DNA of 64,000 nucleotides from Mobula hypostoma (GCF_963921235.1 NC_086097.1:105526001-105590000); one strand, 5' to 3'. Shown: positions 46,701 to 60,600, counted from the first letter of the stretch. Notes: generated by a model from the letters alone, not told the origin. Numbers and translations: made by a program.

Positions 46701-49448
46701 TCAGTGGAAGGGCTGGGTCAGTGTAAGGGCTGGATCAGTGTATGGGGTGGGTCAGTGTAAGAGCTAGGTCAGTGTAAGGGCCTGCCCTATGTAAGGGCTG
46801 GAACAGTGTATGTCTGATTCAGTGTAAGGAGTGGTTCAGTGTAAGGGCTGAATGAGTGTAAGAACTGGGGCAGTGAAAGAACCTGGGCAGTGTAAGGTCT
46901 GGAACAGTGTATGGTCTGATTCAGTTTAAAGGCTGGGTTTGTGTAAGTGCTGGGTCAGTGTTACTGCTGGGTCTGTGTAAGGGCTGGGTCTGTGCAAGGA
47001 CTGGGACAGTGTAAGGGCTGACTTCAGTGTAAGAACTGGGTCAGGGTTCGGACTGGGTTAGCGTAATGAATGGATCAGTGTAAGGCCTGGGTCAACGTAC
47101 GGGCTGGGTCAGTGTAAGGGCTGGGTCAGTGTCAAGACCTGGTAGGTGGAAGGGCTGGATCAGTGTATGGGCTGGGTCAGGGTATCGGCTTGGTCAGTGT
47201 ATAGCCTGGGTCAGTGTAAGATCTGGGTTAGTGGAAAGACCTGCCCTATGTAAGGGCCGGAACAGTGTATGGTCTGATTCAGTGTAAGGGCTGGGTCAGT
47301 GTAATTGATGGGTCAGTGTCAAGTCCTGGTAAGGGCTGGATCCGTGTATGGGCTTGGTCAGTGTAACTGCTGGGTCAGTCTTAGGGATGGATCAGTGTAA
47401 GGACTGGGTCAGTTTAAGGGCATGATCAGTGTATGGGCTGGGTCAGTGTAAGTCTGGTCAGTGTACGGACCTGCCCTATGTAAGGGCTGGAACAGTGTAT
47501 GGTCTCATTCAGTGTAAGGGCTGGGTCAGTATCAGGGCTGGGCAGTGTAAGGGCTGGGTTGGTGTAAGGGCCGGGTCAACGTACAGGCTGCGTCAGTGTA
47601 AGGACCTGGGTAGTGTATGGGATGGGTTATGGTAACGGATGGGTCAGTGTAAGGGATGGATGAGTGTATTGCCAGGGTCAGTGTTAGGGCTGGGTGAGTG
47701 TAAGGGTTGGATGCGCAGAAGGGCTGGGTCAGTGTAATCGATGGGTCAGTGTAAGGGCTGGGTCAGTGTAAGGGCTGGGTCAGTGTAAGGGATGGGACAG
47801 TGTAAGGGCTGGGTCAGTGTAAGGGATGGGACAGTGTAAGGGCTGGGTCAGTGTTAGGGATGGGACAGTGTAAGGGCTGTCAAAGTGCAAGGGATGGGAC
47901 AGTGTAAGGGCACGGTTAGTGTAAGGGCTGGGTCAGTGTAAGGGCTGGATAAGCGTAAGGGCTGGTTCAGTGTAAGGGATGGGTCAGTGTAAGGGCGAGG
48001 TTAGTGTAAGGGATGGGACAGTATAAGGACTGTGTCAGAGTAAGGACCTGAGCAGTGTAAGTGCTGGTTCAGTGTAAGGCCTGGGTCGGTATAAAGTCTA
48101 GATCGGTGTAAGGGCTTGATCAGTGTCAGTACTAGATCACTGTAAGGACTGGGTCAGTGTAAGGGCTGGGTGGGTATCTGGGCAGAGTCAGTTTAAGGAG
48201 TGGGTGAGTGTAAGGGATGGGTGAGTGTAAGGGCTGGGACAGTGTAAGTGATGGGACAGTGTAAGGGCTGGGTCAGTTTAAGGCCTGGGTCAGTATAAAG
48301 TCTAGATCGGTGTAAGGGCTTGGTCAGTGTAAGGGCTGGGTGGGTATCTGGGCAGAGTCAGTTTGAGGAGTGGGTCAGTGTAAGGGCTGGGTCAGTGTAA
48401 GGACTGGGTCAGTTTAAGGGCATGATCAGTGTATGGGCTGGGTCAGTGTAAGTCTGGTCAGTGTACGGACCTGCCCTATGTAAGGGCTGGAACAGTGTAT
48501 GGTCTCATTCAGTGTAAGGGCTGGGTCAGTATCAGGGCTGGGCAGTGTAAGGGCTGGGTTGGTGTTAGGGCCGGGTCAACGTACAGGCTGCGTCAGTGTA
48601 AGGACCTGGGTAGTGTATGGGATGGGTTATGGTAACGGATGGGTCAGTGTAAGGGATGGATGAGTGTATTGCCAGGGTCATTGTTAGGGCTGGGTGAGTG
48701 TAAGGGTTGGATGCGCAGAAGGGCTGGGTCAGTGTATGGGCTGGGTCAGTGTAAGGGCTGGGTCAGTGTAAGGGATGGGACAGTGTAAGGGCTGGGTCAG
48801 TGTTAGGGATGGGACAGTGTAAGGGCTGGGTCAGTGTTAGGGATGGGACAGTGTAAGGGCTGTCAAAGTGCAAGGGATGGGACAGTGTAAGGGCACGGTT
48901 AGTGTAAGGGCTGGGTCAGTGTAAGGGTTGGATAAGCAGAAGGGCTGGTTCAGTGTAAGGGATGGGTCAGTGTAAGGGCGAGGTTAGTGTAAGGGATGGG
49001 ACAGTATAAGGGCTGTGTCAGAGTAAGGACCTGAGCAGTGTAAGTGCTGGTTCAGTGTAAGGCCTGGGTCGATATAAAGTCTAGATCGGTGTAAGGGCTT
49101 GATCAGTGTCAGTACTAGATCACTAAGGACTGGGTCAGTGTAAGCGCTGGGTCAGTGTAAGGGCTGGGTGGGTATCTGGGCAGAGTCAGTTTAAGGAGTG
49201 GGTGAGTGTAAGGGCTGGGACAGTGTAAGTGATGGGACAGTGTAAGGGCTGGGTCAGTTTAAGGCCTGGGTCAGTATAAAGTCTAGATCGGTGTAAGGGC
49301 TTGGTCAGTGTAAGGGCTGGGTGGGTATCTGGGCAGAGTCAGTGTAAGGGCCGGGTCAGTGTAAGGGCTGGGTAAAGGTACAGGCTGGATCAGTGTAAGA
49401 GCTGGTCAGTGTAAGGACCTGGGTAGTGTAAGGGCATGGACAGTGTAA
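43743..49448. repeat. 17-bp G-rich satellite, segment 2, including a 1.0-kb tandem duplication
   Basis: Same consensus. ~47390-48370 is repeated at an initial offset of +1000. Confidence 0.97.
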
Positions 49449-49449
49449 C

Positions 49450-51586
49450 ATAGTTAATTCAGAAACAAAGGTTCTGAACTTAAAGAGGGATAACTTTGAA
49501 GGTATGAGACGTGAATTAGCTAAGATAGACTGGCAAATGACACTTAAAGGAGTGACGGTGGATATGCAATGGCAAGCATTTAAAGGTTGCATGGATGAAC
49601 TACAACAATTGTTCATCCCAGTTTGGCAAAAGAATAAATCAAGGAAGGTAGTGCACCCGTGCCTGACAAGAGAAATTAGGGATAGTATCAATTCCAAAGA
49701 AGAAGCATACAAATTAGCCAGAGAAAGTGGCTCACCTGAGGACTGGGAGAAATTCAGAGTTCAGCAGAGGAGGACAAAGGGCTTAATTAGGAAGGGGAAA
49801 AAAGATTATGAGAGAAAACTGGCAGGGAACATAAAAACGGACTGTAAAAGCTTTTATAGATATGTAAAAAGGAAAAGACTGGTAAAGACAAATGTAGGTC
49901 CCCTGCAGACAGAAACAGGTGAATTGATTATGGGGAGCAAGGACATGGCAGACCAATTGAATAATTACTTTGGTTCTGTCTTCACTAAGGAGGACATAAA
50001 TAATCTTCCAGAAATAGTAAGGGACAGAGGGTCCAGTGAGATGGAGGAACTGAGTGAAATACATGTTAGTAGGGAAGTGGTGTTAGGTAAATTGAAGGGA
50101 TTGAAGGCAGATAAATCCCCAGGGCCAGATGGTCTGCATTCTAGAGTGCTTAAGGAAGTAGCCCAAGAAATAGTGGATGCATTAGTGATAATTTTTCAAA
50201 ACTCGTTAGATTCTGGACTAGTTCCTGAGGATTGGAGGGTGGCTAATGTAATCCCAGTTTTTAAAAAAGGAGGGAGAGAGAAACTGGGCCTAACGTCGGT
50301 GGTGGGGAAACTGCTGGAGTCAGTTATCAAGGATGTGATAACAGCACATTTGGAAAGCGGTGAAATCATCGGACAAAGTCAGCATGGATTTGTGAAAGGA
50401 AAATCATGTCTGACGAATCTCATAGAATTTTTTGAGGATGTAACTAGTAGAGTGGATAGGGGAGAACCAGTGGATGTGGTATATTTGGATTTTCAAAAGG
50501 CTTTTGACAAGGTCCCACACAGGAGATTAGTGTGCAAACTTAAAGCACACGGTATTGGGGGTAAGGTATTGGTGTGGGTGGAGAATTGGTTAGCAGACAG
50601 GAAGCAAAGAGTGGGAATAAACGGGACCTTTTCAGAATGGCAGGCGGTGACTAGTGGGGTACCGCAAGGCTCAGTGCTGGGACCCCAGTTGTTTACAATA
50701 TATATTAATGACTTGGATGAGGGAATTGAATGCAGCATCTCCAAGTTTGCGGATGACACGAAGCTGGGTGGCAGTGTTAGCTGTGAGGAGGATGCTAAGA
50801 GGATGCAGGGTGACTTGGATAGGTTGGGTGAGTGGGCAAATTCATGGCAGATGCAATTTAATGTGGATAAATGTGAAGTTATCCACTTTGGTGGCAAAAA
50901 TAGGAAAACAGATTATTATCTGAATGGTGGCCGATTAGGAAAAGGGGAGGTGCAACGAGACCTGGGTGTCATTATACACCAGTCATTGAAAGTGGGCATG
51001 CAGGTACAGCAGGCGGTGAAAAAGGCGAATGGTATGCTGGCATTTATAGCGAGAGGATTCGAGTACAGGAGCAGGGAGGTACTACTGCAGTTGTACAAGG
51101 CCTTGGTGAGACCACACCTGGAGTATTGTGTGCAGTTTTAGGCCCCTAATCTGAGGAAAGACATCCTTGCCATAGAGGGAGTACAAAGAAGGTTCACCAG
51201 ATTGTTTCCTGGGATGGCAGGACTTTCATATGAAGTAAGGACTGGATGAACTGGGCTTGTACTCGTTGGAATTTAGAAGATTGAGGGGGGATCTGATTGA
51301 AACGTATAAAATCCTAAAGGGATTGGACAGGCTAGATGCAGGAAGATTGTTCCCGATGTTGGGGAAGTCCAGAACGAGGGGTCACAGTTTGAGGATAGAG
51401 GGGAAGCCTTTTAGGACCGAGATTAGGAAAAACTTCTTCACACAGAGAGTGGTGAATCTGTGGAATTCTCTACCACAGGAAACAGTTGAGGCCAGTTCAT
51501 TGGCTATATTTAAGAGGGAGTTAGATATGGCCCTTGTGGCTACGGGGGTCAGGGGGTATGGAGGGAAGGCTGGGGTGGGGTTCTGA
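49450..51586 (+). pseudogene. CR1-E ORF2 (linker + RT, no endonuclease), premature stop and frameshift
   Basis: [36 protein letters not shown] replaces Trp at 51139-51141; frameshift near 51238; NYRPVS is missing near 50285. Confidence 0.93.
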
Positions 51587-51619
51587 GTTGGATGATCAGC
51601 CATGATCATAATAAATGGC

Positions 51620-51658
51620 GGTGCAGGCTCGAAGGGCCGAATGGCCTACTCCTGCACC
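51620..51658 (+). other. CR1 3' UTR stem-loop (family B; also on the minus strand at ~1455-1495 and ~33375-33413)
   Basis: GGTGCAGG...CCTGCACC outer stem and GGCC-GAAT-GGCC inner hairpin, immediately before the 8-bp tail. Confidence 0.7.
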
Positions 51659-51678
51659 TATTTTCTATGTTTCTATGT

Positions 51679-54600
51679 AAGGGATCGGACAGTGTAAGGG
51701 CTGGGTCAGAGTAAGTGCATGATCAGTGTATGGGCTGGGTCAGTGTAAGTGCTGGTTCAGTGTAAGGCCTGGGTCAGTATAAAGTCTAGATCAGTGTAAG
51801 GGCTTGTTCAGTGTCAGTACTAGATCACTGTAAGGACTGGGTCCATGTATGGGCTGGGTCAGTGTAAGGGCAGGTTCAGTGTAAGGTCTGGGTCAACGTA
51901 TAGGCTGGGTCAGTGTAAGGGCTGGTTGAGTGTAATGCCAGGGTCAGTGTAACTGCTGGATGAGTGTAAGGGCTGGGTCAGTGTGAAGACTGGATGAGTG
52001 GAAGGGCTGGGTCAGTATAAGGACCTGAGCAGTGGAAGGGCTGGGTCAGTATAAGGGCTGGATGAGTGTAATAGCTGGGTCAGTGTATGGGCTGGGTCAG
52101 TGCAAGGAGTGGTTCAGTGTAAGGGCTGAATGAGTGTAAGAACTGGGTCAGCGAACGAACCTGGGCAGTGTAAGGGCAGGGTCTGTGTATGGGATGGGTC
52201 AGTGTGTGGGCTGGATAAATGTAAGGGCTTGGTCAGAGTCAGGACCTGTTCAGTGTAAGGGCTGGCTAGATCAGTGTATGGGCTAGGTCAGTGTAAGGGC
52301 TGCGTCAGTGTAAGGGCTAGGACAGTGTAACTGCTGGGTCAGTCTTAGGGCTGGATCAGTGTAAGGACTGGGTCAGTTTGAGGTCATGATCAGTGTATGG
52401 GCTGGGACAGTGTAAGGTCTGGGACAATGTACAGGGTGTATCAGTATAGGGGCTGGGTCAGTGTAAGGGACGGGACAGTGTAAGGGCTGGGACTGTTTAA
52501 GGGATTGGACAGCATAAGGGCTGGGTCAGTGTAAGAAATGGGTCAGTGTATGGACCTGCCCTATATAAGGGTGGAACAGTGTATGGTCCTGCCCTATGTA
52601 TGGGCTGGAACAGTGTATGGTCTGATTCAGTGTAATCGATGGGTCAATGCCAAGACCTGGTCGGTGTAAGGGCTGGATCAGTGTATGGGCTTGGTCAGTA
52701 TAACTGCTGGGTCAGTGTTACGGCTGGATCAGTGTAAGGACTGGGTCAGTTTAAGGGCATGATCAGTGTATGGGCTGGGTCAGTATATGGGCTGCGTCAG
52801 TGTAAGTCTGGCTGGGTCAGTATCAGGACTGGGTCTGTGTAAGGGCTGAGTCTGTGCCAGAGCTGAGTCAGTGTAACAGCTGACTTCAGTGTAACAACTG
52901 GGTCAGTGTAAGGGCTGCATCATTGTAAGGGCTAGGTCAGGGTAAGGACTGGGTCAGTGTAAAGTCTAGATCAGTTTAAGGGCTTGTTCAGTGTCAGTAC
53001 TAGATCACTGTAAGGACTGGGTCAGTGTATGGGCTGGGTCAGTGTAAGGGCACGGTCAGTGTAAGGGCTGGGTCAACGTACAGGCTGGACCAGTGTAAGG
53101 GCTGGGTTATTGTAAGGGCTGAGTCGTGTCAGGGCTGGTTGTGTGTAATGCCAGGGTCAGCGTAAGTGCTGGACGAGTGTAAGGGCTGGGTCAGTGTCAA
53201 GACTGGATGAGTGGAAGGGCTGGGTCAGTGTAAGGACATGAACGGTGTAAGGGCTGGATGAGTGTAATAGCTGGGTCAGTGGAAGGACTGGGTCAGTCTA
53301 TGGGCTGGGTCAGTGAAAGGAGTGGTTCGGTATAATGGTTGAATGAGTGTAAGAACTGGGTCAGCAAAAGAACCTGTGCAGTATAAGGGCAGGGTCTGTG
53401 TATGGGATGGGTTAGTGTGTGGGCTGGATTAGCATAAGGGCTTGGTCAGAGTCAGGACCTATTCAGTGTAAAGGCTGGGTCAACGTATGGGCTAGATCAG
53501 TGTAAGGGCTGGGTCAGAGTTAGGGCTGCATCAGTGTAACTGCTGGGTCAGTGTAAGAGCTGGGTCAGTGTAAGGACCTGCCCTATGTAAGGGATGGGTC
53601 AGTGTAATCGATGGGTCAGTGTCAAGACATGGTCGGTGTAAGGGTTGGATCCGTGTATGGACTTAGGTCAGTGTAACTGCTGGGTCAGTCTTAGGGCTGG
53701 ATCAGTGTAAGGACTGGGTCAGTTTAAGGGCATGACCAGTGTATGGGCTGGGTCAGTGTAAGGACTGGGTCAACGTACAGGCTGGGTCAGTGTAAGGGCT
53801 GGTCAGTGTAAGAACCTGGGTAATTTAAGGGATGGGTTAGTGCAACGGATGGGTCAGTGTAAGGGATGGATGAGTGTAATGCCAGGGTCAGTGTAAGTTC
53901 TGGATGAGTGTAAGGGCTGGGACCGTGTAAGTGCTGGATGAGTGTAAGGGCTGGATGAGTGTAAGGGCTGGATGAGCAGAAGGGCTGGGTCAGTGTAAGG
54001 GATGGGACAGTGTAAGGGTTGTCAAAGTGCAAGAAATGGGACAGTGTAAGGGTTGGATAAGCGGAAGGGCTGGTTCAGTGTCAGGGATGGGTCAGTGTAA
54101 GGTCTGTGTCAGAGTAAGGACATGAGCAGTTTAAGTGCTGGTTCAGTGTAAGACCTGGGTCAGTATAAAGTCTAGATTGGTATAAGAGCTTGGGCAGTGT
54201 CAGAACTAGATCACTGTAAGGGCTGCGTCAGTGTAAGGACTGCGTCAGTGTAAGGGCAGGGTCAGTGTAAGGGCTAGGTCAACGTGCAGGCTGGATGAGT
54301 GTAATGCCAGGGTCAGTGTAAGTGCCGGATGAGAGTAAGGGCTGGGTCAGTGTAAAGACTAGATGAGTGGAAGGGCTGGGTCAGTGTACGGACCTGAACA
54401 GTGTATGGGCTGGATGATTGTAAGTGCATGGTGAATGGAAGGACTGGGTCAGTGTAAGGGATGGGTCAGTGTAAGAGCTGGATGAGTGTAATAGCTGGGT
54501 CAGTGGACGGACTGGGTCAGTGCATGGGCTGGGTCAGTGTAAGGAGTGGTTCAGTGTAAGGGCTGAATGAGTGTAATAGTGGACGGACTGGGTCAGTGTA

Positions 54601-57600
54601 AGGGCTGTATAAGTGTAAGGGATGGGACAGTGTAAGGGCTGGGTCAGAGTAAGGACCTGAGCAGTGTAATGGCTGGGTCAGTGTAAGTGCTGGTTCAGTG
54701 TAAGGCCTGGGTCAGTATAAAGTCTAGATCAGTTTAATGGCTTGTTCAGTGTCAGTACTAGATCACTGTAAGGACTGGGTCAGTGGACGGACTGGGTCAG
54801 TGCATGGGCTGGGTCAGTGCAAGGAGTGGTTCAGTGTAAGGGCTGAATGAGTGTAAGAACTGGGTCAGTGTAAGGAGTGGTTCAGTGTAAGGGCTGTATA
54901 AGTGTAAGGGATGGGACAGTGTAAGGACTGGCTCAGAGTAAGGACCTGAGCAGTTTAAGGGCATGATCAGTGTATAGGCTGGGTCACTGTAAGTGCTGGA
55001 TCAGTGTAAGGCCTGCATCAGTGTAAGGGTTCGTTCAGTGTAAGGCCTGGCTCAGTATAAATTCTAGATCAGTGTAAGGGCTTGGTCAGTGTCAGAAGTA
55101 GATCACTGTAAGGACTGGGTCAGTGTATGGGCTGGGTCAACGTGCAGGCTGGATCAGTGTAAGGGCTGGTTGAGTGTAATGCCAGGGTCAGTGTAAGTGC
55201 TGGATGAGAGTAAGGGCTGGGTCAGTGTAAAGACTAGATGAGTGTAAGGGATGGGTCAGTGTAAGGGCTTTGTCGGTATCTGGGCAGAGTCAGTTTAAGG
55301 AGTGTGTCAGTGTAAGGGATGGGTGAGTATAAGGGCTGGGACAGTGTAAGTGATGGGACAGCATAAGGGCTGCATCAGTGTAAGGGCTGGGTAAAGGTAC
55401 AGGCTGGATCAGTGTAAGCACCTGGGTAGTGTATGGGCATGGACAGTGTAAGGGCTGGGTCAGTATAAGGGCTGTATAAGCGGAAGGGCTGGGTCGCTGT
55501 AAGGGATGGGTCAGTGTAAGGGCTAGTTCAGTGTAAGGGATGGGACAGTGTAAGGGCTGGGTCAGAGTAAGGACCTGAGTAGTTTAAGGGCATGATCAGT
55601 GTATGGGCTGGGTCACTGTAAGTGCTGGTTCTGTGTAAAGCCTGGGTCAGTATAAAATCTAGATTAGTGTAAGGGCTTGGTCAGTGTCAGAACTAGATCA
55701 CTGTAAGGACTGGGTAAGTGTATGGACTGCGTCAGTGTAAGGGCAGGATCATTATAAGGGCTGGGTCAACTTGCAGGCTGGATCAGTGTAAGGCCTGGAT
55801 GAGAGTAACGGCTGGGTCAGTATAAAGACTGGATGAGTGGAAGGGCTGGGTCAGTGTAAGGACCTGAACAGTGTAAGGGCTAGATGATTATAAGTGCATG
55901 GTCAATGGAAGGACTGGGTCAGTGTAAGGACCTGGCCAGTGTAAAAGTATAGTCAGCATAAGGGCTGGATGAGTGTAATAGCTGGGTCAGTGGAAGGACT
56001 GGGTCAGTGTATGGGCTGGGTCAGTGTATGGGCTGGGTCAGTGCAAGGAGTGGTTCAGTGTAAGGGCTGAATGAGTGTAAGAACTGGGTCAGCGAAAGAA
56101 CCTGGGCAGTGTAAGGGCAGGGTCTGTGTATGGGATGGGTTAGTGTGCGGGCTGGATGAGTGTAAGGGCTTGGTCAGAGTCAGGACCTGTTCAGTGTATC
56201 GGCTTGGTCAGTGTAACTGCTGGGTCAGTGTAAGGGCTGGAACAGTGTACGGTCTGATTCAGTTTAAGGGCTGGGTTAGTGTGTGGGCTGGGTCAGTGTT
56301 ACTGCTGGGTCTGTGTAAAGGCTGGGTCTCTGCAAGGACTGGGTCAGTGTATGGGCTGACTTCAGTGTAAGAAGTGGGTCAGTGTAAGGGCTGTATGATT
56401 GTAAGGGCCAGGTCAGGGTCAGGACTGGGTCAGTGTAATGACTGGTCCAGTGTATGTGTTGGGTCACTGTAAGGGCTGGATCAGTGTAAAGGCTGGGACA
56501 GTGTAAGGGCTGGGTCAGAGTAAGGACCTGAGCAGTGTAAGGGCTGGATCAATGTATGGGCTGGGTCAGATTAAGGGCATGATCAGCGTAAAGGTTGGGT
56601 CACTGAAAGTGATGGTTCAGTGTGAGGCCTCGTTCAGTATAAAGTCTAGCTCAGTGTAAGGGCTTGTTCAGTATCAGTACTAGATCACTGTAAGGACTGG
56701 ATCCGTGTGTGGGCTGTGTCAGTGTAAGGACTGCATCAGTGTAAGGGCAGAGTCAATGTAAGGGCTGGCTCAACGTACAGGTTCGGTCAGTGTAAGGGAT
56801 GGGTCACTGTAAGGGCTGGTTGAGTGTAATGCCAGGGTCAGCGTAAGTGCTGGATGAGAGTAAGGGCTGGGTCAGTGTCAAGACTGGATGAGTGGAAGGG
56901 CTGGGTCAGTATAAGGACCTGAACAGTGTAAGGGCTAGGTCAGCATAAGGGCTGGATGAGTGTAATAGCTGGGTCAGTGGAAGGACTGGGTCAGTGTATG
57001 GGCTGGGTCAGTGCAAGGAGTGGTTCAGTGTAAGGGCTGAATGAGTGTAAGAACTGGGTCAGTGAAAGAACCTGGGCAGTGTAAGGGCAGCGTCTGTGTA
57101 TGAGATGGGTCAGTGTGCAGGCTGGATGAATGTAAGGGCTTGGTCAGAGTCAGGACCTGTTCAGTGTGCTGGAACAGTGTATGGTCTCCTTCAGTGTAAG
57201 GGCTGGGTTAGTGTAAGTGCTGGGTCAGTGTGTGGGCTGGGTTGGTATCAGGGCTGGGTCAGTTTTACTGCTGGGTCTGTGTAAGGGCTGGGTCTGTGTA
57301 AGAGCTGAGTCAGTGTAAGGGCTGACTTCAGTGTAGCAACTGGGTCAGTATAAGGGCTAGATCAGTTTAAGGGCTTGGTCAGTGTCAGTACTAGATTACT
57401 GTAAGGACTGGGTCAATGTAGGACTGGGTCAGTGTAAGGGCTGGTCAGTGTAAGGGCTGGATGAGCAGAAGTGCTGGGTCAGTGTAAGGGATGGGACAGT
57501 GTATGGGCTGGGTCAGTGTAAGGGATGGGACAGTGTTAGGTCTGTCAAAGTGCAAGGGATGGGACAGTGTAAGGGTTGGATAAGCAGAGGGGCTGGTTCA

Positions 57601-60600
57601 GTGTAAGGGATGGGTCAACGTACAGGCTGGATCAGTGTAAGGGATGGGTCAGTGTAAGGGCAGTGTCAGTATAAAGTCTAGATTGGTGTAAGGGCTTGGG
57701 CAGTGTCAATACTAGATCAGTGTAAGGACTGGGTCAGAGTAAGGACCTGAGCAGTTTAAGGGCATGATCAGTGTATGGGCTGGGTCAGTGTATGGGCTGG
57801 GTCACTGTAAGTGCTGATTCTGTGTAAAGCCTGGGTCAGTATAAAGTCTAGATCAGTGTAAGGGCTTGGTCAGTGTCAGAACTATATCACTGTAAGGACT
57901 GGGTCAGTGTATGGGCTGCGTCAGTGTAAGGACTGCGTCAGTGTAAGAGCAGGGTCATTGTAAGGGCTGGGTCAACTTGCAGGCTGGATCAGTGTAAGGC
58001 CTGGATGAGAGTAAGGGCTAGGTCAGTGTAAAGACTGGATGAGTGGAAGGGCTGGGTCAGTGTAAGGACTTGAACAGTGTAAGGGCTAGATGATTGTAAG
58101 TGCATGGTCAATGGAAGGACTGGGTCAGTGTAAGGACCTGGCCAGTGTAAGAGCTGGGTCAGTGTAAGGGCTGGAACAGTGTATGGTCTGATTCAGTTTA
58201 AGGGCTGGGTCAGTGTGTGGGCTGGGTCAGTGTTACTGCTGGGTCTGAATAAGGGCTGGGTGTATGCAAGGACTGGGTCAGTGTAAGAACTGGGTCAGTG
58301 TAAGGGCCAGGTCAGGGTTAGGACTGGGTCAGTGTAATGACTGGTCCAGTGTATGTGTTGGGTCACTGTAAGGCCTGGGTCACTGTAAGGGCTTGGTCAA
58401 CGTACGGGCTGGATCAGTGTAAAGGCTGGGACAGTGTAAGGGCTGGGTCAGAGTAAGGACCTGAGCAGTGTAACTGCTGGGTCTGCCTTAGGGTGGATCA
58501 GTGTAAGGACTGGGTCAGTTTAAGGGCATGATCAGTGTATGGGCTGGGTCAGTGTAAGTCTGGCTCAGTGTACGGACCTGCCCTATGTAAGGGCTGGAAC
58601 AGTGTATGGTCGCATTCAGTGTAAGGGTTGGGTTAGTGTGTGGCCCGGGTCAGTATCAGGGCTGGGTCAAAGTTACTGCTGGGTCTGTGTAAGGGCTGGG
58701 TTTGTGCAAGAGCTGAGTCAGTGTAAGGGCTGACTTCAGTGTAGCAACTGGGTCAGTATAAGGTCTAGATCAGATTAAGGGCTTGGTCAGTGTCAGTACT
58801 AGATTACTGTAAGGACTGGCTCTGTGTAAGGGCTGGGACAGTGTAAGCGCTGGGTCAGTATAAGGGCTGTATAAGCGGAAGTGCTGGGTCACTAAGGGAT
58901 AGGTCAGTGTAAGGGTTAGTTCAGTGTAAGGATGGGACAGTGTAAGGGCTGGGTCCAAGTAAGGGCCTGAGCAGTTTAGGGGCATGATCAGTGTATGGGC
59001 TGGGTCACTGTAAGTGCTGGTTCAGTGTAAGGCCTGGGTCAGTATAAAGTTTAGATCAGTGTAAGGGCTTGGTCAGTGTCAGAACTAGATCCTTGTAAGG
59101 ACTGGGTCAGTGTATGGGCTGGGTCAGTTTAAGGGCATGATCAGCGTAAGGATTGGGTCACTGAAAGTGATGGTTCAGTGTGAGGCCTCGGTCAGTATAA
59201 AGTCTAGCTCAGTGTAAGGGCTTGGTCAGTGTCAGTGGTACATCACTGTAAAGACTGTTAGTGTAGGACTGGGTCGGTGTAAGGGCTGGGTCAGTGTAAA
59301 GGCTGGGACAGTGTAAGGCTGGGTCAGTGTAAGGCTGGGTCAGTGTAAGGGCTGGATGAGCGGAAGGGCTGGGTCACTGTAAGGGATGGGTCAGGTTAAG
59401 GGCTAAGTCAGTGTAAGGGATAGGACAGTGTAAGGGCTGGGTCAGAGTAAGGACCTGAGCAGTGTAAGGGCTGGATCAGTGAATGGGCTGGGTCAGTGTA
59501 AGTACTGGTTCAGTGTAAGGCCTGGGTCAGAATAAAGTCTAGCTCAGTGTAAGGGCTTGTTCAGTATCAGTACTAGATCACTGTAAGGACTGGATCCGTG
59601 TGTGGGCTGGGTCAGTGTAAGGACTGCGTCAGTGTAAGGGCTTGTTCAGTATCAGTACTAGATCACTGTAAGGACTGGATCCGTGTGTGGGCTGGGTCAG
59701 TGTAAGGACTGCGTCAGTGTAAGGGCAGGGTCAGTGTAAGGGCTGGCTCAACGTATAGGCTTGGTCAGTGTAAGGGATGGGTCAGTGTAAGGGCTGGTTG
59801 AGTGTAATGCCAGGGTCAGTGTAAGTGCTGGATGAGTGTAAGGGCTGGGTCAGTATCAAGACTGGATGAGTGGAAGGGCAGGGTTAGTATAAGGACCTGA
59901 ACAGTGTAAGGGCTGGGTCAGTATAAGGGTTGGATGAGTGTAATAGCTGGGTCAGTGGAATGACTGGGTCAGTGTATGGGCTGGGTCAGTGTAAGGAGTG
60001 GTTCAGTGTAAGGGCTGAATGAGTGTAAGAACTGGGTCAGCGAAAGAACTTGGGCAGTGTAAGGGCAGGGTCTGTGTAAGGGATGGGTCACTGTGCGGGC
60101 TGGATGAGTGTAAGGGCTTGGTCAGAGTCAGGACCTGTTCAGTGTAAGGGCTGGGTCAGTGTGTGGGCTAGGTCAGTATAAGAGCTAAGTTAGTGTAAGG
60201 ACCTGCCCTATGTAAGGGATGGGTCAGTGTAATCGATGGGTCGGTGTCAAGACCTGGTCGGTGTAAGGGCTGGATCCGTGTATGGGCTTGGTCAGTGTAA
60301 CTGCTGGGTCAGTGTAAGGACCTGAACAGTGTAAGAGCTGGGTCAGTATAAGGGCTGGATCCGTGTATGGGCTTGGTCAGTGTAACTGCTGGGTCAGTGT
60401 AATGCCAAGGTCAGTGTAAGTGCTGGATGAGAGTAAGGGCTGGGTCAGTGTAAAGACTGGATGAGTGGAAGGGCTGGGTCAGTGTAAGGACCTGAACAGT
60501 GTAAGCGCTAGATGAATGTAAGTGCATGGTCAATGGAAGGACTGGGTCAGTGTAAGGGATGAGTCAGTATAAGGACCAGAACAGTGTAAGAGCAGGGTCA

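Larger units (their letters stand above)
49449..51678 (+). mobile_element. CR1 LINE copy E (family B), 5'-truncated, flanked by TGTAA
   Basis: ORF 49504-51141 with RT motifs near-identical to copy B; (TTTCTATG)n tail at ~51662-51678; TGTAA at 49444-49448 and 51676-51680. Confidence 0.95.

Noticed and set aside
40445..51678. Active autonomous LINEs, or a retron/DGR-type RT system paired with the repeats
   Set aside because: The RTs are ordinary CR1 ORF2 sequences with stops, frameshifts or 5' truncation, and their junctions show simple insertion into pre-existing satellite.
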